Source: Mobula hypostoma (Eukaryota). From it: 64,000 nucleotides of DNA. Below the pieces are notes generated by a model. That model was not told where the DNA came from. It did not search any database and worked only from the letters and a program-made list of their open reading frames with translations. Positions 1 to 13,440 of the stretch are shown here, one piece after another (the first letter of the stretch is position 1; every line of letters starts with the position of its first letter). The position numbers and the translations under genes were made by a program. Location: the NCBI RefSeq assembly GCF_963921235.1, contig NC_086097.1:182034001-182098000 (forward strand), given 5' to 3'.

Positions 1-469
1 GTATCCATGCTATATTGCTTGGAGACTCTATGACACAACTGTGTAAATCAGCACCTTGGACAGAGGTATTGTCCCATGAGTGTTAGAGAGGTGAGAAAGG
101 ATAGTATTCACGGACATTGGAGGAGGTGGGGTAGGGGTGTAGGGCCTGGATGTGTATATCTATCTGAAACCAGGTCATCAACAGTGGGATTTCTCCAATA
201 TCCTCAGGGCAACACCCATACTGTTCTCTAACCTCCAGCCCTGGTGTCAGTATTCTCTACATGTGGTGCTCTCTATCCTCTCCGCAGGACAGGCCTGTGT
301 CCTTATTTTTCACTACTAGGTGACCACCTCCTCCATTGTCTATGTGTGATGTTTCCTAGTCCTCTTTTCTTGTTTGGGCTATCCTCTACCTTAACTATTT
401 CGAAGATTTAAGGTCAGCTGGTATTTGTGCCTTGGTGCCTGTGCATTATTTCTTTTATATTTTATTTCA

Positions 470-680
470 AGATGTAGCACAGTAACAGACCCCTTCCAAC
501 CCAATGAGCCTGTGATGCCCAGTTGTACCCAAGTGACCAATTAATCTACTAACCTGTATGTCTTTGGAATGTGGAAGGAAACAGACTTGGTCACGGAAAG
601 AATGTGCAAACTCCTTACAGACAGCGCTGCAGTTGAACCCAGGTTGCTGGTGCAGTAATAGTTTTACGCTACCTTACTGC
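470..680 (-). mobile_element. tRNA-derived SINE (elasmobranch HE1-like), decayed
   Basis: Reverse strand shows a tRNA-like head (..cagcaacctgggttcaact..), a 'ttccacattccaaagac' core and a CR1-like 3' tail; similar copies occur elsewhere in the window. Confidence 0.6.
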
Positions 681-934
681 CCTCTCTCCCTGTAATCTCT
701 TAAACTGCTGAAGGACTGCTTCTCCAGCATCCAATCCCATAGGTGCGACAGGCTCCTCCAACACGTAGTTGGGTAGGCTTGTGCTGTTACCCTTGCATCT
801 TGCCATAAACTTGGCAGCAACCCAGTTGTACTTGACTAGTGTCTCAGGCTGAACCAGTCCGTTCTAACCTCAACTGACAATCTTCATTCTTTTATACACA
901 GATTGATTCCATCCAGGTATATTCTTTCACCTAT

Positions 935-1850
935 CAAAATCAAGTTTAATATCATTGGCATGTGTCATGAAATTTGTTGTTTTGCAGCAGCAGTACATCG
1001 TCATACATAATAATAAAAAACTACAAATTGCAATAAGAAATAAATATACATAATTTCTTGTAATATATATAAATTAAATTAAATAACTAGTTAATAAAGA
1101 GAGCAAAAAAGAAAAAAATAAGATTTATCGTCCATTCAAAAGTCTGATGGCGGAGGGGAAAAAGCTGTTCCTGAAACAATGAATGTGTGTCTTCAGTCTT
1201 TTTGTGGCATCACCTTTTGAAGGTGTCCTCGATGCTGGGGAAGCTGGTGCTCATGATGGAGCTGGCTGTGTACAACTTTCTGCAGCTTTTTCCGACCCTG
1301 TGCAATGTCCCCTCCAGACAGTGACACAACCAATTAGAACCAGGTACATCAGTAGAAATTTGCACGTGTCTTTGGTGACATACCAAGTCTCCTCAAACTC
1401 CTAATGAAATAAGCAGCTGTCGTGCCTTCTTTGTCATTACATCAATATGCTGGGCCCAGGATAGATCCTCAGAGATGTTGACACCCAGGAACTTGAAACT
1501 GGTCACCACTTCAACTGTGATCATTCCATGAGGATTGGTGTGTGTTTCTAGAACTTCCCCTTCCTGAAGACCACAATCAATTCCTTGGTCTTACTGACAT
1601 TGAGTGTGAGGTTATTGTGACACTACTCAACCAGCTGATCTATTGCTCTCCTGTAGGCCTCCTCATCACCATCTGAAATGCTGTCAACAGTTTTGTCATT
1701 GGCAAATTTATAGGTGGCATTTGAGCTGTGTGTAGCCACACAGTTGTTGCTGTAGAGAGAGTAGAGCAGTGGGCTAAACACACATCTTTGAAGTACACCG
1801 GTGTTGATTGTCAGCGAGAAGGAGATATTATTTCTGATCTGCGCTGACTC
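935..1850 (-). mobile_element. Rex1/Babar-type LINE 3' fragment
   Basis: 3' tail 'aatcaagtttaatatcattggc..gaaatttgttg' and decayed RT matching the copies at 14955 and 54617 (gaaggggaagttc, ttcaagttcctgggtgtcaacatctc on minus). Confidence 0.8.
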
Positions 1851-2362
1851 TGTTCATTCATCAGCCCATCCCTTTTCTTAGCCAAAGAGTGGTGATCTGA
1901 ACAGAGGTAGAACCCCTCATCATACTTATAAAATGCCTGAAGAAGCACTAGATACATAACATTAATGGCATTAGTTTCAAAACCAGATGCAATCATTGGG
2001 AGAAAGGGACTAAAATCAAACGAGGAACTTGGGAGAAAGTGTATTCAAAGAGAGTGGATATGGAACTCAAGGTGGAGTGTATGCTCAGGGAGCAATAAAC
2101 AGTGGTGTGATTGGCCCATGTGCTTTTCCAAGCTGTATATTTTCTCTAATTCTACCCTGATTGTTTCCCCTCTCTAATCTAATCCTTCTTCACTTTTATG
2201 TATCCACTTCAGTCTAATATCATTCACCCATTAAACCGATTAATCCTTATCCCACTTTTTTCTTGCTCCCAACACCTTTCATGTCTCATTAGTCTACCCC
2301 TACTTGTTACTTGTTACTCACTTTCCAGATCATCCCATAATCACTTTTGAAAATAATTGTGT

Positions 2363-3140
2363 GTAATGCCCTGGTTAAGATTTCTACTGCTATGCTGTAG
2401 GTATTTCATTTTTGCAGTTTTCTGTAAAAGCCGTGTGTCCTGCTTGTGGAATGTTTTGGTTTCGGCTGAAGATAAGAAGCCTTGTTGTTCACCTTAGAAA
2501 TGTTGTGTCAGCCAATCAAGATGGTGAGATTGGGAGAAGGTTCTGGAGAGAGCTGGGCGGAGGGAGATTTGTGACAGCCAGTAGTCTGGTTCAGAGTCTG
2601 TTGGCAGGAGCTGTGGAGTGGGACAGAAGGGAGGATGCCACAGAATGATGTTAGAAGGAGAGTCTCTGTTGCAAAATGTGCTTTGCACAGCAATACTCGT
2701 GAGGGAGAGCCAGTTTGTTCGAGATGGACGCTGAGGGAAGTTGGGAATGGGGAGGGTGCTTTCACACAGACTGTGGATCTAGCGTGTGAATGAAGAAAAA
2801 CACACCTAACGACTCTAGGATGAGCGCCAATATTATGTGCACATTAGACTGGTTTAACTGTAATGGGCCCTTGTCTCTTTTTCCTATTAACTGTTGATAA
2901 TGCTGAAGTTGGTTAAATATACAAATCTTTGTAATTTTATGCGGTGTACGCACTGTTATTTCTTGCCGACTGATAATTGTGTATGGGCCCTGTTTACACA
3001 GCATTCGCTCAATTTGAGGTTCCTTTAATCGGAACATCACGATGTTCCTGTTTGGTTGAACCCCAAATCATACTGACCCTAGACATATATTGTTTATGGA
3101 AGGTGGCCTTCTCACTGCTGAGTTGCATGGCTGTTAGCAG
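2363..3140. repeat. possible solo LTR / unclassified repeat
   Basis: Starts TGTAATG, has a CCAAT box and a TG/T-rich U5-like stretch; no 3' CA end or TSD confirmed. Confidence 0.3.
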
Positions 3141-3234
3141 AGTTTATATATGAGCCCTGGTGAGAGGTTGTTTTTTTAAAAATTCTGACCAATTGTCTTG
3201 TGACTAATTGTAAGACAGCACTTCTACAACAAAT

Positions 3235-5237
3235 CCCTCTCTGAAACCCATTGCCACTAACCTCATAGTTCCCTTATCCTGCACCTCCCATTTCTACCTC
3301 CTAACTAAGATCCACAAACCTGACTGTCCAAATAGACCCATTGTTTCAGCCTGCTCCTGCCCCACTGAACTTGTATCTGCGTACCTTGACTCTGTTTTAT
3401 CCTCCCTGGTTCGGTCCCTTCCTTTCTATGTACATCTTTGACACTTCACACACTCTATCTTTACATTTATTTTAAGTTTCCTAGCCTTGATTGTCACATT
3501 TTCACTATGGATGTCCAGTCCCTATACACTTCCATCCCCCATTAGGAGGGCCTTAAACCTTTCTGCTTCTTACTAGACAACAGACCCAACCAGTTCTCCT
3601 CCACCACCACTCTCCTCTGCCTGGCAGAACTGGTCTGCACCCTCAACAATTTCTCCTTTGGCTACTCCCACTTCCTTCAAACCAAAGGTGCAGCCATGAG
3701 CACTCGCATGGGTCCCAGCCATGCCTGCCTTTTTGTCGGCTACGTGGAACAATCCGTGTTCTAAGCCTACATCAACATCACTCCCCAGCTCTTCGTACGC
3801 TACATCGATGATTGAATTGGTGCTGCTTCCTGTACCCACGCTGAGCTTGTCAATTTCATCAGCTTTGATCCAACTTCCACCCTGCCCTCAAATTTACTTG
3901 GTCCTTTTCTGAAACCTCGCTCTCCTTAAGCAATCTCTCTTTCTCCATCTCTGGACGCAGTCTATCTACTAATATCTTTTATAAACCCACTGGCTCTCAC
4001 AGCTGTCTGGACTATACCTCTTCCCACCTGTCACTTGCAAAAATGACATTCCCTTCTCTCAGTTCCTCGGTCTCCACCGCATTTGCTCTCAAGATGAGGC
4101 TTTTCATTCCAGAACTAATGAAATGTCCTCCTCCTTCAAAGAAAGAGGCTTCCCTTCCTCCATTATCAATGCTGCCTTCACCTGGATCTCTTCCGTTTCG
4201 CACACATCTGCCTTCACCTCATCCTCCCGCCACCACACTAGGGATCAGTTTCCTCTTGTCGTCACCTACCACCCCACTAACCTCCGAGCCCAGCACATAA
4301 TTCTCTATAACTTCCACCGTATCCAACAGGATCCCACTACCAAATACACCTTTCCTCCCCCTCCCCACCCCACGGCTCCCCCCACTTTCCACTTTCCGCA
4401 GTGATTGCTCCCTTTGCGACTTCCTTGTCCATTCATCCCTCACCACTGATCTTCCTCCTGGTACTTATCCTTGCAAGTGGTACAGATGCCACACCTGCCT
4501 CTACACCTCCTCCCTCACGACTATTCAGGGCCCCAAACAGTCCTTCCACATGAGGCGATACTTCACCTGTGAGTCTGTTGGGATCATCTACTGTTTTCGG
4601 TGCTCCCAGTGTGGCTTCCTTTATATTGATGAGACCCGGTGTAGATTGCGAGACTGCTTCATCAAGCAACTACGCTCTGCACGCCACAAAAAGGGGGATC
4701 TCCCACTGACCACCCATTACAATTCTACTTCCCCTTCCCAATCCGACATGTCAGTCCATGGCCTCTTCTACTGCCACAATGAGGCCACACTCATTTTGGA
4801 GGAACAACACCTTATATTCCACCTGGGTAGCCTCCAACCAGATGGCATGAACATCAACTTTTAAACTTCTGATAATTGCTCACCCCATTACTGTTTCCCA
4901 CTCTCACCACTTCTCCTTTACCTGCTCATCACCCCCTTCTGGTGCTCCTCCTGCTTCCCTTTCTTCAGTCCTCTCCTGTCCTTCTCCAGCCCTTTATTTT
5001 CTTTCACCAATCAACTTCCCAGCTCTTTACTTCAACCCCTCCTCCCCCAGTTTTACCTATTACTGGCCACCTTGTACTTCTTCCTCCCCTCCTCCCACTT
5101 TCTTAGTCTGACTCCTTTCCCGTCCTGAAACGTTGACTGTTTATTCTTTTCTATAGATGCTGCCAGGCCTGCTGAGTTTCTCATCATTTTGTTTGTGTTG
5201 CTTTGGATTTCCAGCATCTGCAGGTTTTCTTGTGTTT
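3235..5237 (+). mobile_element. Penelope-like retroelement (RT + GIY-YIG endonuclease pseudogene, 3' pseudo-LTR)
   Basis: Frameshifted motifs KIHKPDCPNRPIVSACSCP, FTMDVQSLYTSIP, QTKG..M..RMGP and RYIDD; ORF 4550..4864 GIIYCFRCSQCGFLYIDETRCRL (GIY-YIG-like); ends in the pLTR unit gatgctgcc..cctgctgag..tttccagcatctgcag. Confidence 0.9.
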
Positions 5238-5879
5238 TGCCCCATTTCTGTTCCTTCCCCTTTTCGTAGGGATTAAGCTATCTTTCCATTTAAATTTACA
5301 TTATGTTCCCTAGCCTCGTTCCATCTCCCTCAAAAAGTATGATTACTTATTGCTGTGCCTTCAATTCCATTTGTCGCGTTTTCACCCCAATCCATACTTC
5401 TAACTTGCCAGTCTAAAGTTTTCTCTCCATTATCAAGTACATGGCTGATTTTTGTATCATTTTTGAGTAGTTTACACTTAAGTAAATTAAAAGATCTATT
5501 CAGAAAGCAAAGATTGCACGCTGAATCCCAGTGGTAACTCACCTCTGAGTGCACAAACACAAAGTCTACAGTTAGCCTTTGCTTCCTGCCACGCCAACAA
5601 ATTTCAATGCAATTTGTCAGTCTTAAGTTGAATCCCTTGAGCCACTTCACCTGGCTAGGAGGGCTGTGTCACTATGTTGAAGGCAGATAGGTTTATATTC
5701 ATAAAATGAGGGGATATGAGGTTATTGCAGGATAAAGATCAGCTATGATCTAATGGAAGAGTGGAGCTGGCATTGGTGGGGGCAGGAAGGGGGAGATAAA
5801 TGATCTACTTCTTCTGTTTCTTCGGTTATAGTCTTCTTGGGTTCTGGTATATCCTAAATGGGGTTAATCACCCAGGTTA

Positions 5880-6295
5880 ATCTCCCCCTTCCCCTCCCCC
5901 ACCATCTCCACCATATGCCCATCACCCACACACTTCCACCATTGATGTCCCATCTGTTCTTCATCCCTCTCTTATATGGTTTCACTAGTCATCTTCCTTT
6001 CTGATCATATTCCATAATATGTAGACCTTGGTGTCTCCACTTATCACCTACCTCCCAACATCTGTCGTGATCTCACCCTTCCCTCCCACACCTGACATTT
6101 TCCATTCAAACCCTCCTCACCTGTATCCACCTATTGCTTGACAGTTCTTGCACTGCTGCCCTCTTTCAGCTGTTATACTATCTGTCTGCTGCACTCTCAG
6201 TTCAGATGCAGGGTTTCGACCTGAAACGTTAACTATCCTTTTCCTTCCACTGATACTACCTGATGCACAGAATTCCTCGAGCAGTTGATTTTCTA
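5880..6295 (+). mobile_element. old Penelope-like 3' end / pLTR with degenerate hammerhead
   Basis: CT-rich tract then cagttcAGATGCAgggtttcgacctGAAAcgttaact (6198-6234) and the pLTR tail. Confidence 0.55.
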
Positions 6296-7039
6296 ATCTG
6301 TCATACTTTGTTGCAGAGTCTATCTACTGCCATTTAAGCACATTCATTGACCAGGAGTTGTAGATGAGCTCATGTTGGTATCAGTGGGATGGAAGAGCAT
6401 ATCTTTATTCTGGAACTGAAGGTGTACCAAATTATCTGACTGTTTCTGAGAGCATTATGATCTCATCAGTCCAAGTATATATTGCTGAGTCTGCTAGAGC
6501 TCTATTTCATTCAAAATGAAATGAGTTAATCTCACTGTGAGAACCACGGATTTCTATTTAGGTGGCAGTGAGGCATGGAACATTTCTGTTCATAGATTCA
6601 TTGATGTTGTTGCTCTGTTTGCCTGTTGGAGTGGGACCACCTAGCTGAGAGGATCATAAAATAATTAAAGATGCAAAAGGTGATATTGCCCCTTTAGTTC
6701 TCAGAAAGAGTTCTTAAGAACCCTTGTGACCCAAAATTTCATAATGATTCCAGAAGATTTATATTTCTCTTTTTTGTCATAGAATTAAACAGTATGATAA
6801 CAGGCCCTTTGGCCTAACTTGTTCATGCTGGCTAAAATATCTACCTGAACTTGTCCTGTTTTATAGTGTTAACCCTCTGTGACTAGTTTATTAATGTAAA
6901 GTTATATTTCAGATTTTTTCTATATTATTTTGTATCCTGTATGTATCCGTACTGGTCTTCCTTTGGTATTTCAGTTCAACAAGAAATGAACATTCAAAGC
7001 AGGGGGAGGCTGTTCATGCCCTGCTTCGTGCTGAGTCTC

Positions 7040-7530
7040 AGGGTTGTACAGCACAGAAACAGACCCCTTGGCTCACCTCACCCAGATCTGTTGGCCCATC
7101 TACACTAATTCTATTTGCCCACAGTACACCTGTATCCCTTTTCACCTGTCCAGTCCAAGTACCTTGTTATTCTATCTGCCACCACCTCTGGAAGTTTGCT
7201 CCACATATCGCAAATTTCCTTTAGATTTGTCCTCTTTCACCAATGCCTCATTACCTTTGCCGAGACAAAAAACTACCCTATCCACGTCCCTCCTAACTGT
7301 ATAAAGCTTGGCCTCCTCTGTACAAGTTAAGAATGAACTAAGCCTGTCCAATCTCTCGCTGTTAGAGTCCTCCATTGCTGGAAACATCCTGGTGAATCTC
7401 ATTATCACTCTTTCTAATGCTGCCACATCTTTCCTGTAATATGGTGACCAGAACTTGACAGAATACTCCACGTATGACCTGACCAATGTTTTTGTACAGC
7501 TGCAACATGATAGCTTGTATCCCTTGATTC
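7040..7530 (-). mobile_element. CR1 (HER1-like) LINE 3' fragment
   Basis: ORF 7172..7486 VRSYVEYSVKFWSPYYRKDVAALERV.RFTRMFP, the typical CR1 ORF2 C-terminus. Confidence 0.9.
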
Positions 7531-8489
7531 CTTCATCTGGTGATCACTGCTGTGAATGTGCAAAGTAAATCCACCTTCTCTGCCTTCAGGTGTTAGAAAT
7601 TTTGTTCTACTCAATCTGGATTTTTTAGCTGGTTATGTGTTGGTGCTGAAATAGCTTAGCTGTCAAATCATCTTTGACCATTCACTACATGATCTATTCT
7701 GCAATGATGAACTTGCCTAGGAGAAGTAGAGTATTTTTCCATAGTTTATGGTGTGATTTGATGTCAGCTTGTTAATCCTAATTGGTGGTGCTCTGGAGTT
7801 GTAGTCGGTGGGGAATTCTGCTGACGTATTTACTCACCATTCAGATGCTTCAGCTGAGTGAAACTGGGCATATCTATTGCAGAGAATGCATGATCTGTCC
7901 AGACATCCAGGTGAATATCTGGAATGTGGTTATTTGATTTGGAAACCAGTGTAATTGACCTCCGCAGTGAGGGAAATTGATTATCATTTACATAGCACTG
8001 AAAGACAATGATATTGCTCTGAATTTCTTGGCCTATATAAATACAAGCTGTTGTTAACTGCAAGATCTAGAGTTTGACTAACGATTCTGCTCACTGCAGT
8101 ATTCGTGCACTTCCCTAGGTTGTCAGGGACACTACTGCCCTCTTGTGGCTCCTGTAACAGTTCCTACAGCCTTGTCCAGTGTTAATTCAATTTTATTTCT
8201 TTGACTCCTATGCAGTCTCCTTTGGCACAATTCTGTGGCGAGCAGAAAACCCCAAAATCTGACCCATGTGGGCATTGATCAAATATGAACCAAAATTGAT
8301 GGTTATAGCAGGATAATTGATGTGAATAGGTTCTGATCTGAGCCAAATCCTCCAGCTCACCCAATTACACAGAATGTACGCTTGAAAAGGGAGAACTTGC
8401 AGCGTACTGGGACTAATTGGAGTCCAAGCATAGGTATAATGGCCCGAATGGCCTTATAATGTGCATGCAATAAGCTCCCATAGGTAGTA

Positions 8490-8775
8490 GTAAGACAACA
8501 TGAAGAGTAATATGGTGTGGAAACAAGCCTTTTGTCCCAACATGGTCCCTGCCAACCAAGGTGGCTTCCTGAGCTAATACCATTTTCTTGCATTTGGCCT
8601 GTATCTCTCTGAACCTTTCCTATCCATACATGTGTACAAATATCTTTTGAATGTTGTTATTTTACCTGGCTTTACCACTTTCTCTGTCAGCTTGTTCCTT
8701 TTACTCATCACCCTCTGTGTGAAGTAGTTATGCTGCAGGTCCCCGTTAAATCTTTCCCTCTCATCTTAAACCTTG
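8490..8775 (-). mobile_element. CR1 3' end fragment
   Basis: ggaaacaagccttttgtcccaac tail and ctcatcttaaacc motif. Confidence 0.7.
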
Positions 8776-9319
8776 TGCAATGACACGTGGTTGATGTGGA
8801 GTAATGGAAAGATATGGAATAAAAACAGGTTCTTAAGCCATCAAACACCCTTTTACTCTAATCATACATTCATCCTATTTAATTGTCTTCTCACAATCTC
8901 ATCAACCTTGCCCGCCCCACAAATTTCACCTCCCACCCTCTCACGAGGGCAATTTACAGCAGCCAATTAACTGACCAATAGCTCATCTTTGATAAAGGAG
9001 AGGAAAACCGCACAGTCACAGGGAGAACTTGCAAAGTGTCAGAGATCAGGATCAAGTCTGGGTTTCTCATAGTGTCAGGCAGCAGCTGTGGTGTAATGTA
9101 GAAGCAGAAAACCTTTTACATTTGTACAAGCCTTTGCCTGCTGGATGCTGAGTGGTGGGATTAGGCTTGGCTGCTCTTTCTCAATGGATAGGGACATCAT
9201 GGGCAGGTGGTTGCCCATGGCATAAACGCTGTGTCATTCTTGATCATGCTGCTCACTGAGATAGCTGACTGGTGGTTATTCCCTAAAGGAGATGTAGACC
9301 AAGGCGCTCTGAGTTAGAG

Positions 9320-11890
9320 CAATTGAAGGAGATGTGTGGGGTGAGTTTGTTACATGGAGAGTGCTGGGTATTTGAATCACACTGCCAGGAGAAGTGGTGG
9401 AAGTCGGCTTGACAGTTGCATTTTTAGAGGCATTTAGACAGGTATATTAACAGACAGGGAATAAAGGGATATGAGCATAGTTTAAATTGGTGTCGTGGTT
9501 GGCACAAACATTGGGCTGAAGGGCCTGTTATACTGTGTTGTTCCATGTTAGCAAGGCTGTCAAACAATGCAGCAGGAAATAGAATCAGATGGAAGGTTGG
9601 ATAGAGTGTTGGCAGATGGAATTTAATCCCGCAAATGTGAGATGATGCATTTTGGGAAGACAAATAGGAGGAGGACATATACAGTAGATGGTAAGGCACT
9701 GAGGAATGTTGATCACAAGAGAGACCTTGGGGTTCAAGTCCACAGTTCTCTGACAGGTGGCTGATCTTCATAGATCGGGGTATGGAATATTAAAGTTTGG
9801 ATGTTGTATTGCAACTTTCAAAGTTCAAAGTAAACTTATTATCAAAGTACGTATCTGTAACTTTTTACAGCCCGAGATTCATTTTCTTGCAGGCATACTC
9901 AATAATCCAAAAACCAAAATAGAATCAATGAAAGACTGCACCAACAGGATGGACAATCAGTATGCAAAAGACGACAAACTGTGCAAATACAAAAAGAAAG
10001 AGAAAGAGCCAAAAATAATAATAATAAATAAGCAATACATATTAAGAGCGTGTGTTGGGTCAATTGTGAGTATTGTGAACAGTCCTGGTTACCATACTGT
10101 AGGAAGACTGTGGCTGCATGGAGAAGGTGCATGGCCTTGATAGATGGCTTCACTTAAGGAAAGATTACTTACTCTGGATTGAAAGGCTTTGAAGGGTGGC
10201 CTGATAGAGGGATATATAGTTATAAGATCATGGATAATGTAGATAACCAGAGTACAGTGGATTCTGATTAATTGGGACAAATTGGGACCAGTACATTATG
10301 GCCCAATCAAGCAGCTGCCCCAATTAGCCAATGTTTCATGGAAATAGTTAAAAAGGTATTAAAAAGTTAAACTACCATTTAACAGTAAAAAATTATGTAT
10401 TTAAATGAAATACAGAACAAATTAAACACTATCTTTGCTACTACAGTATTATAAAACTGTATTAGTTCCTAACAGTTATTGATGGAGGAATTTATCCAGA
10501 ATACACTGCCATGTACAAGGTGCCCAGGGAGGTGTGGCACCTTTGGTACAGGGGCTTCTTGTGTCCATTCTAGGGTAGCTCACTCACCCTTGGTTCCCAC
10601 CAGATGCTCAGCTCTCACCAAGTATCTGTTTGCATACAACAGGGCCACACCCCGGTAAACAGTTTTGACAGGTGGACTAAACCAGGTGACGATAGTCGGT
10701 GGGCCTCATCGCGCTGAAGTAGAGACATGCCCGTCCTAGTTGTGAAGTTAGCTCTGGCGGACTGGGCAGATGAGATCAACAGTGAGATCAACAGCCAAGA
10801 AGGTGGTTTTGCAGTGCTTCGTGGAGAGCAAATCGCATGTTAAGGTGTAGAAGAAAGCATGGTTATCCATTGCAACCAAAGAAGATGCAGTTTGTGGCGA
10901 CTATTCATATCACTGGACTCGGACTTCCGAGATTGAGAGAGAGGAACTGTCTAAGTGCAGTGGCTTTCCACTTTAAAAACTCTCCTGCGCAGGTTTCACT
11001 CTTGTTGTTGGATACAACGGACATCCAACACGCTGCCGTGTTCTTTCGATTGATTGTAAATGAACAAAATTAGTGCAGACACGTAGTGCAGATAATGGAC
11101 TGCCTTCATACAATGCTTTCGATGATTGCATCTTCCAAATCTTCATTTTCATTGTAACGTTCAAGATGATTGCTGATACCTTAATTCTAAGTAGTACCTA
11201 ACTTGTTCAAGTAGTGAATTCATTTCATTTCAAATCCCAGCAGTTTCTGACATCTCCAAGACTGAATGCTTGAAACCACAGTGAGAAAATCAGTTCTGAA
11301 TTGTCTTGCTGCTTATTTCTCGCTACCCTTTCAGTAACAAAAATCACTGCTTTTTGAGCAGAAGCACAATCAACTGACACTATTGAAATACTGTTCGCTC
11401 TAAGCATGGAAAGCCACACAAGTTCACATATCTGATGCTAGTTAGAAACATTTTGGCACCAGTCCCCTGTCCCAATTAAGCAACATAGTGTCCCAAATAA
11501 ATGAAAGGAACCCTGGCTATTTTCTCGATTATTTTTGTATTTTCAGGAGTTGTCCCAAATAAGTGGCGGCCCCAGTTAACCAGAATCCACTGTATTTTTC
11601 CCATAACAAGCGTATCAAAAGAAGAGGGTATATTGGTTTAAGGTGAGAGGATGGAGTTTTAAAGAGGAAAAGCTTTTTCCAGAGTGTGATTGATATCTCG
11701 AACATGCTACCAGAGGAACTGGTGGAATCGGATGTAATCATTATATTTTAGAGACAGTTAGAAAAGCACGTGAATAGGCAAGGCATGGAAGGATATGGCC
11801 TGAAAGTGAATAAGTAGATATATTGTAGTTGGGCAAAATGGTTGTCACGAGCACGATAGGCTGAAGGGCCTGTTCTTACTCTGTGATTCT
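9320..11890 (+). mobile_element. CR1 fragments interrupted by a Rex1-type tail (~9818-10045) and a Tigger-like element
   Basis: WQMEFNP-like DNA at 9610; CR1 sequence 'gataaccagagta / tttttccc' is continuous across the insertion at 10255-11592. Confidence 0.75.
10255..11592 (-). mobile_element. non-autonomous Tigger/pogo-like (Tc1/mariner superfamily) DNA transposon
   Basis: 22-bp TIRs cagtggattctgattaattggg / cccagttaaccagaatccactg (2 mismatches), TA on both flanks (10253-54, 11593-94); minus-strand remnant QKAVIFVT..SKTIQN*FSHCGFK resembles the pogo transposase C-terminus. Confidence 0.85.
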
Positions 11891-12514
11891 ACAACTTAAA
11901 TGATTTGCAACCTAAATTTTGTACTTTCATCTACTGTGGTAACTTTTTATCCTCCCGCTAATCAAGTACCTGTCTGTTTCTGCCTTCAGACTTTGCTCCC
12001 ACTTCAATGAGTTCTGAAGAAACTTAAGAGAAAAAAAACTTGTCTTAAATGGGTGATCCATCATTTTTTTTAAACTGTGGCCTCACATTGTAGATTCTTC
12101 TACGGAGGAGTAATCTCCCTATCAGGTTTCCTCTGGATCAATCGAGGTTTCAATTTTGTTTGAACTTTCCTCAGAAGGCATGTGGCCCATTTCAGTACAG
12201 TGTTGTAATTGCACACTCCAGCATACATTGTCTCTTTTCGTTCGAATGGTCACAGGTTTCATTCGACCAAAATATAACTCTCTGATATATCCCAGCATAC
12301 TCCTGCCACCTGTTTACTACCCTGTCTGTATGCCCTGAAGACGATTGTTGTCTGCCTCACCGTTCATTGGAGCTCTATATTGTATATCTGTCTACTGAGG
12401 GTTTTCAGAACTTTCTGTTTTAATTTAGACACCATCTACTGTCACTGTTCACTAGGAGCTCAGGCACATCTGAGTTTCTAGTGAGCTGGAACATCTGGAC
12501 AGCAAACGTGCATA

Positions 12515-13232
12515 CATAAACATGCTCTTCATTGACTATAGCTCTGCATTCAACACTATTATCCCACCAAAACTAATTAGTAAGCTCCAAGACCTAGGCA
12601 TCAATACCTCCTTGTGCAACTGGATCCTCGATTTCCTCACTTGCAGATCGTAGTCAGTTCGGATTGGCAAAAACATCTCCTCCACAATCACAATCAGCAA
12701 GGTGCAGCACAAGGCTGTGTGCTTAGCCCCCTGCTCTACTTGCTTTATACTTATAATGTACAACTTCAATGCCATATTTACATTTGCTGATGTTTATTGG
12801 CTGAGTCAAAGGTAGTGATGAGTCAGCATATTGGAGGGAGGTAGAAGATCTAGTTGAATGATGCAACAACAACAATCTCTAACTCAACATCAGCAAAACC
12901 AAAGAGCTGATTATTAACTACAGGAGGAGGAAACCAAAGGTCCATGAGCCAGATCTCATCAGAGGATTCGTAACTTTAAATTGCTTGGCATTATCATTTC
13001 AAAGGATCTGTCCTGGGACCAGCATGTGAATGCCACTACAAAGAAGGCATGGCAGTGCCGCTACTTTCTTAGAAGTTTGTGCAGATTTGGCTTTGTTTGT
13101 GTATATTTTTTCATTTATTCTATTGCTTGTCTTTGTACCTAGTGTGAACACCCCCAAGAAAATAAATCTCAGAGTCAGAGTAGTATTTGGTGACATATAT
13201 GTACCTTGGTAATAAACTTACTTTGAACTTTG
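12515..13232 (+). mobile_element. Rex1/Babar LINE fragment
   Basis: DNA encodes [23 protein letters not shown] and KTKELII; 3' tail aataaacttactttgaactttga. Confidence 0.85.
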
Positions 13233-13289
13233 AGGTAATGTACTGATTGGGTAAGGGGGATCAGCAGGCTTATCAACACTGAACAAGAG

Positions 13290-13440
13290 CACAGTGGTGA
13301 GGCTTGTGGAGCTGCTGCTTCACAGCCTCAGGGACCTGAGTTCGATCATGACCTCCAATGCTGTCGGTATTCGCCATAAAGACGTGTGGGTTGGTGTGTT
13401 AATTCGTCATTGTAAATTGCTTCTTGTATATTAGTATGTG
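13290..13440 (+). mobile_element. tRNA-derived SINE fragment
   Basis: gcacagtggt..gctgcttcacagc..gggacctgagttcgatc (A/B box-like). Confidence 0.6.
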
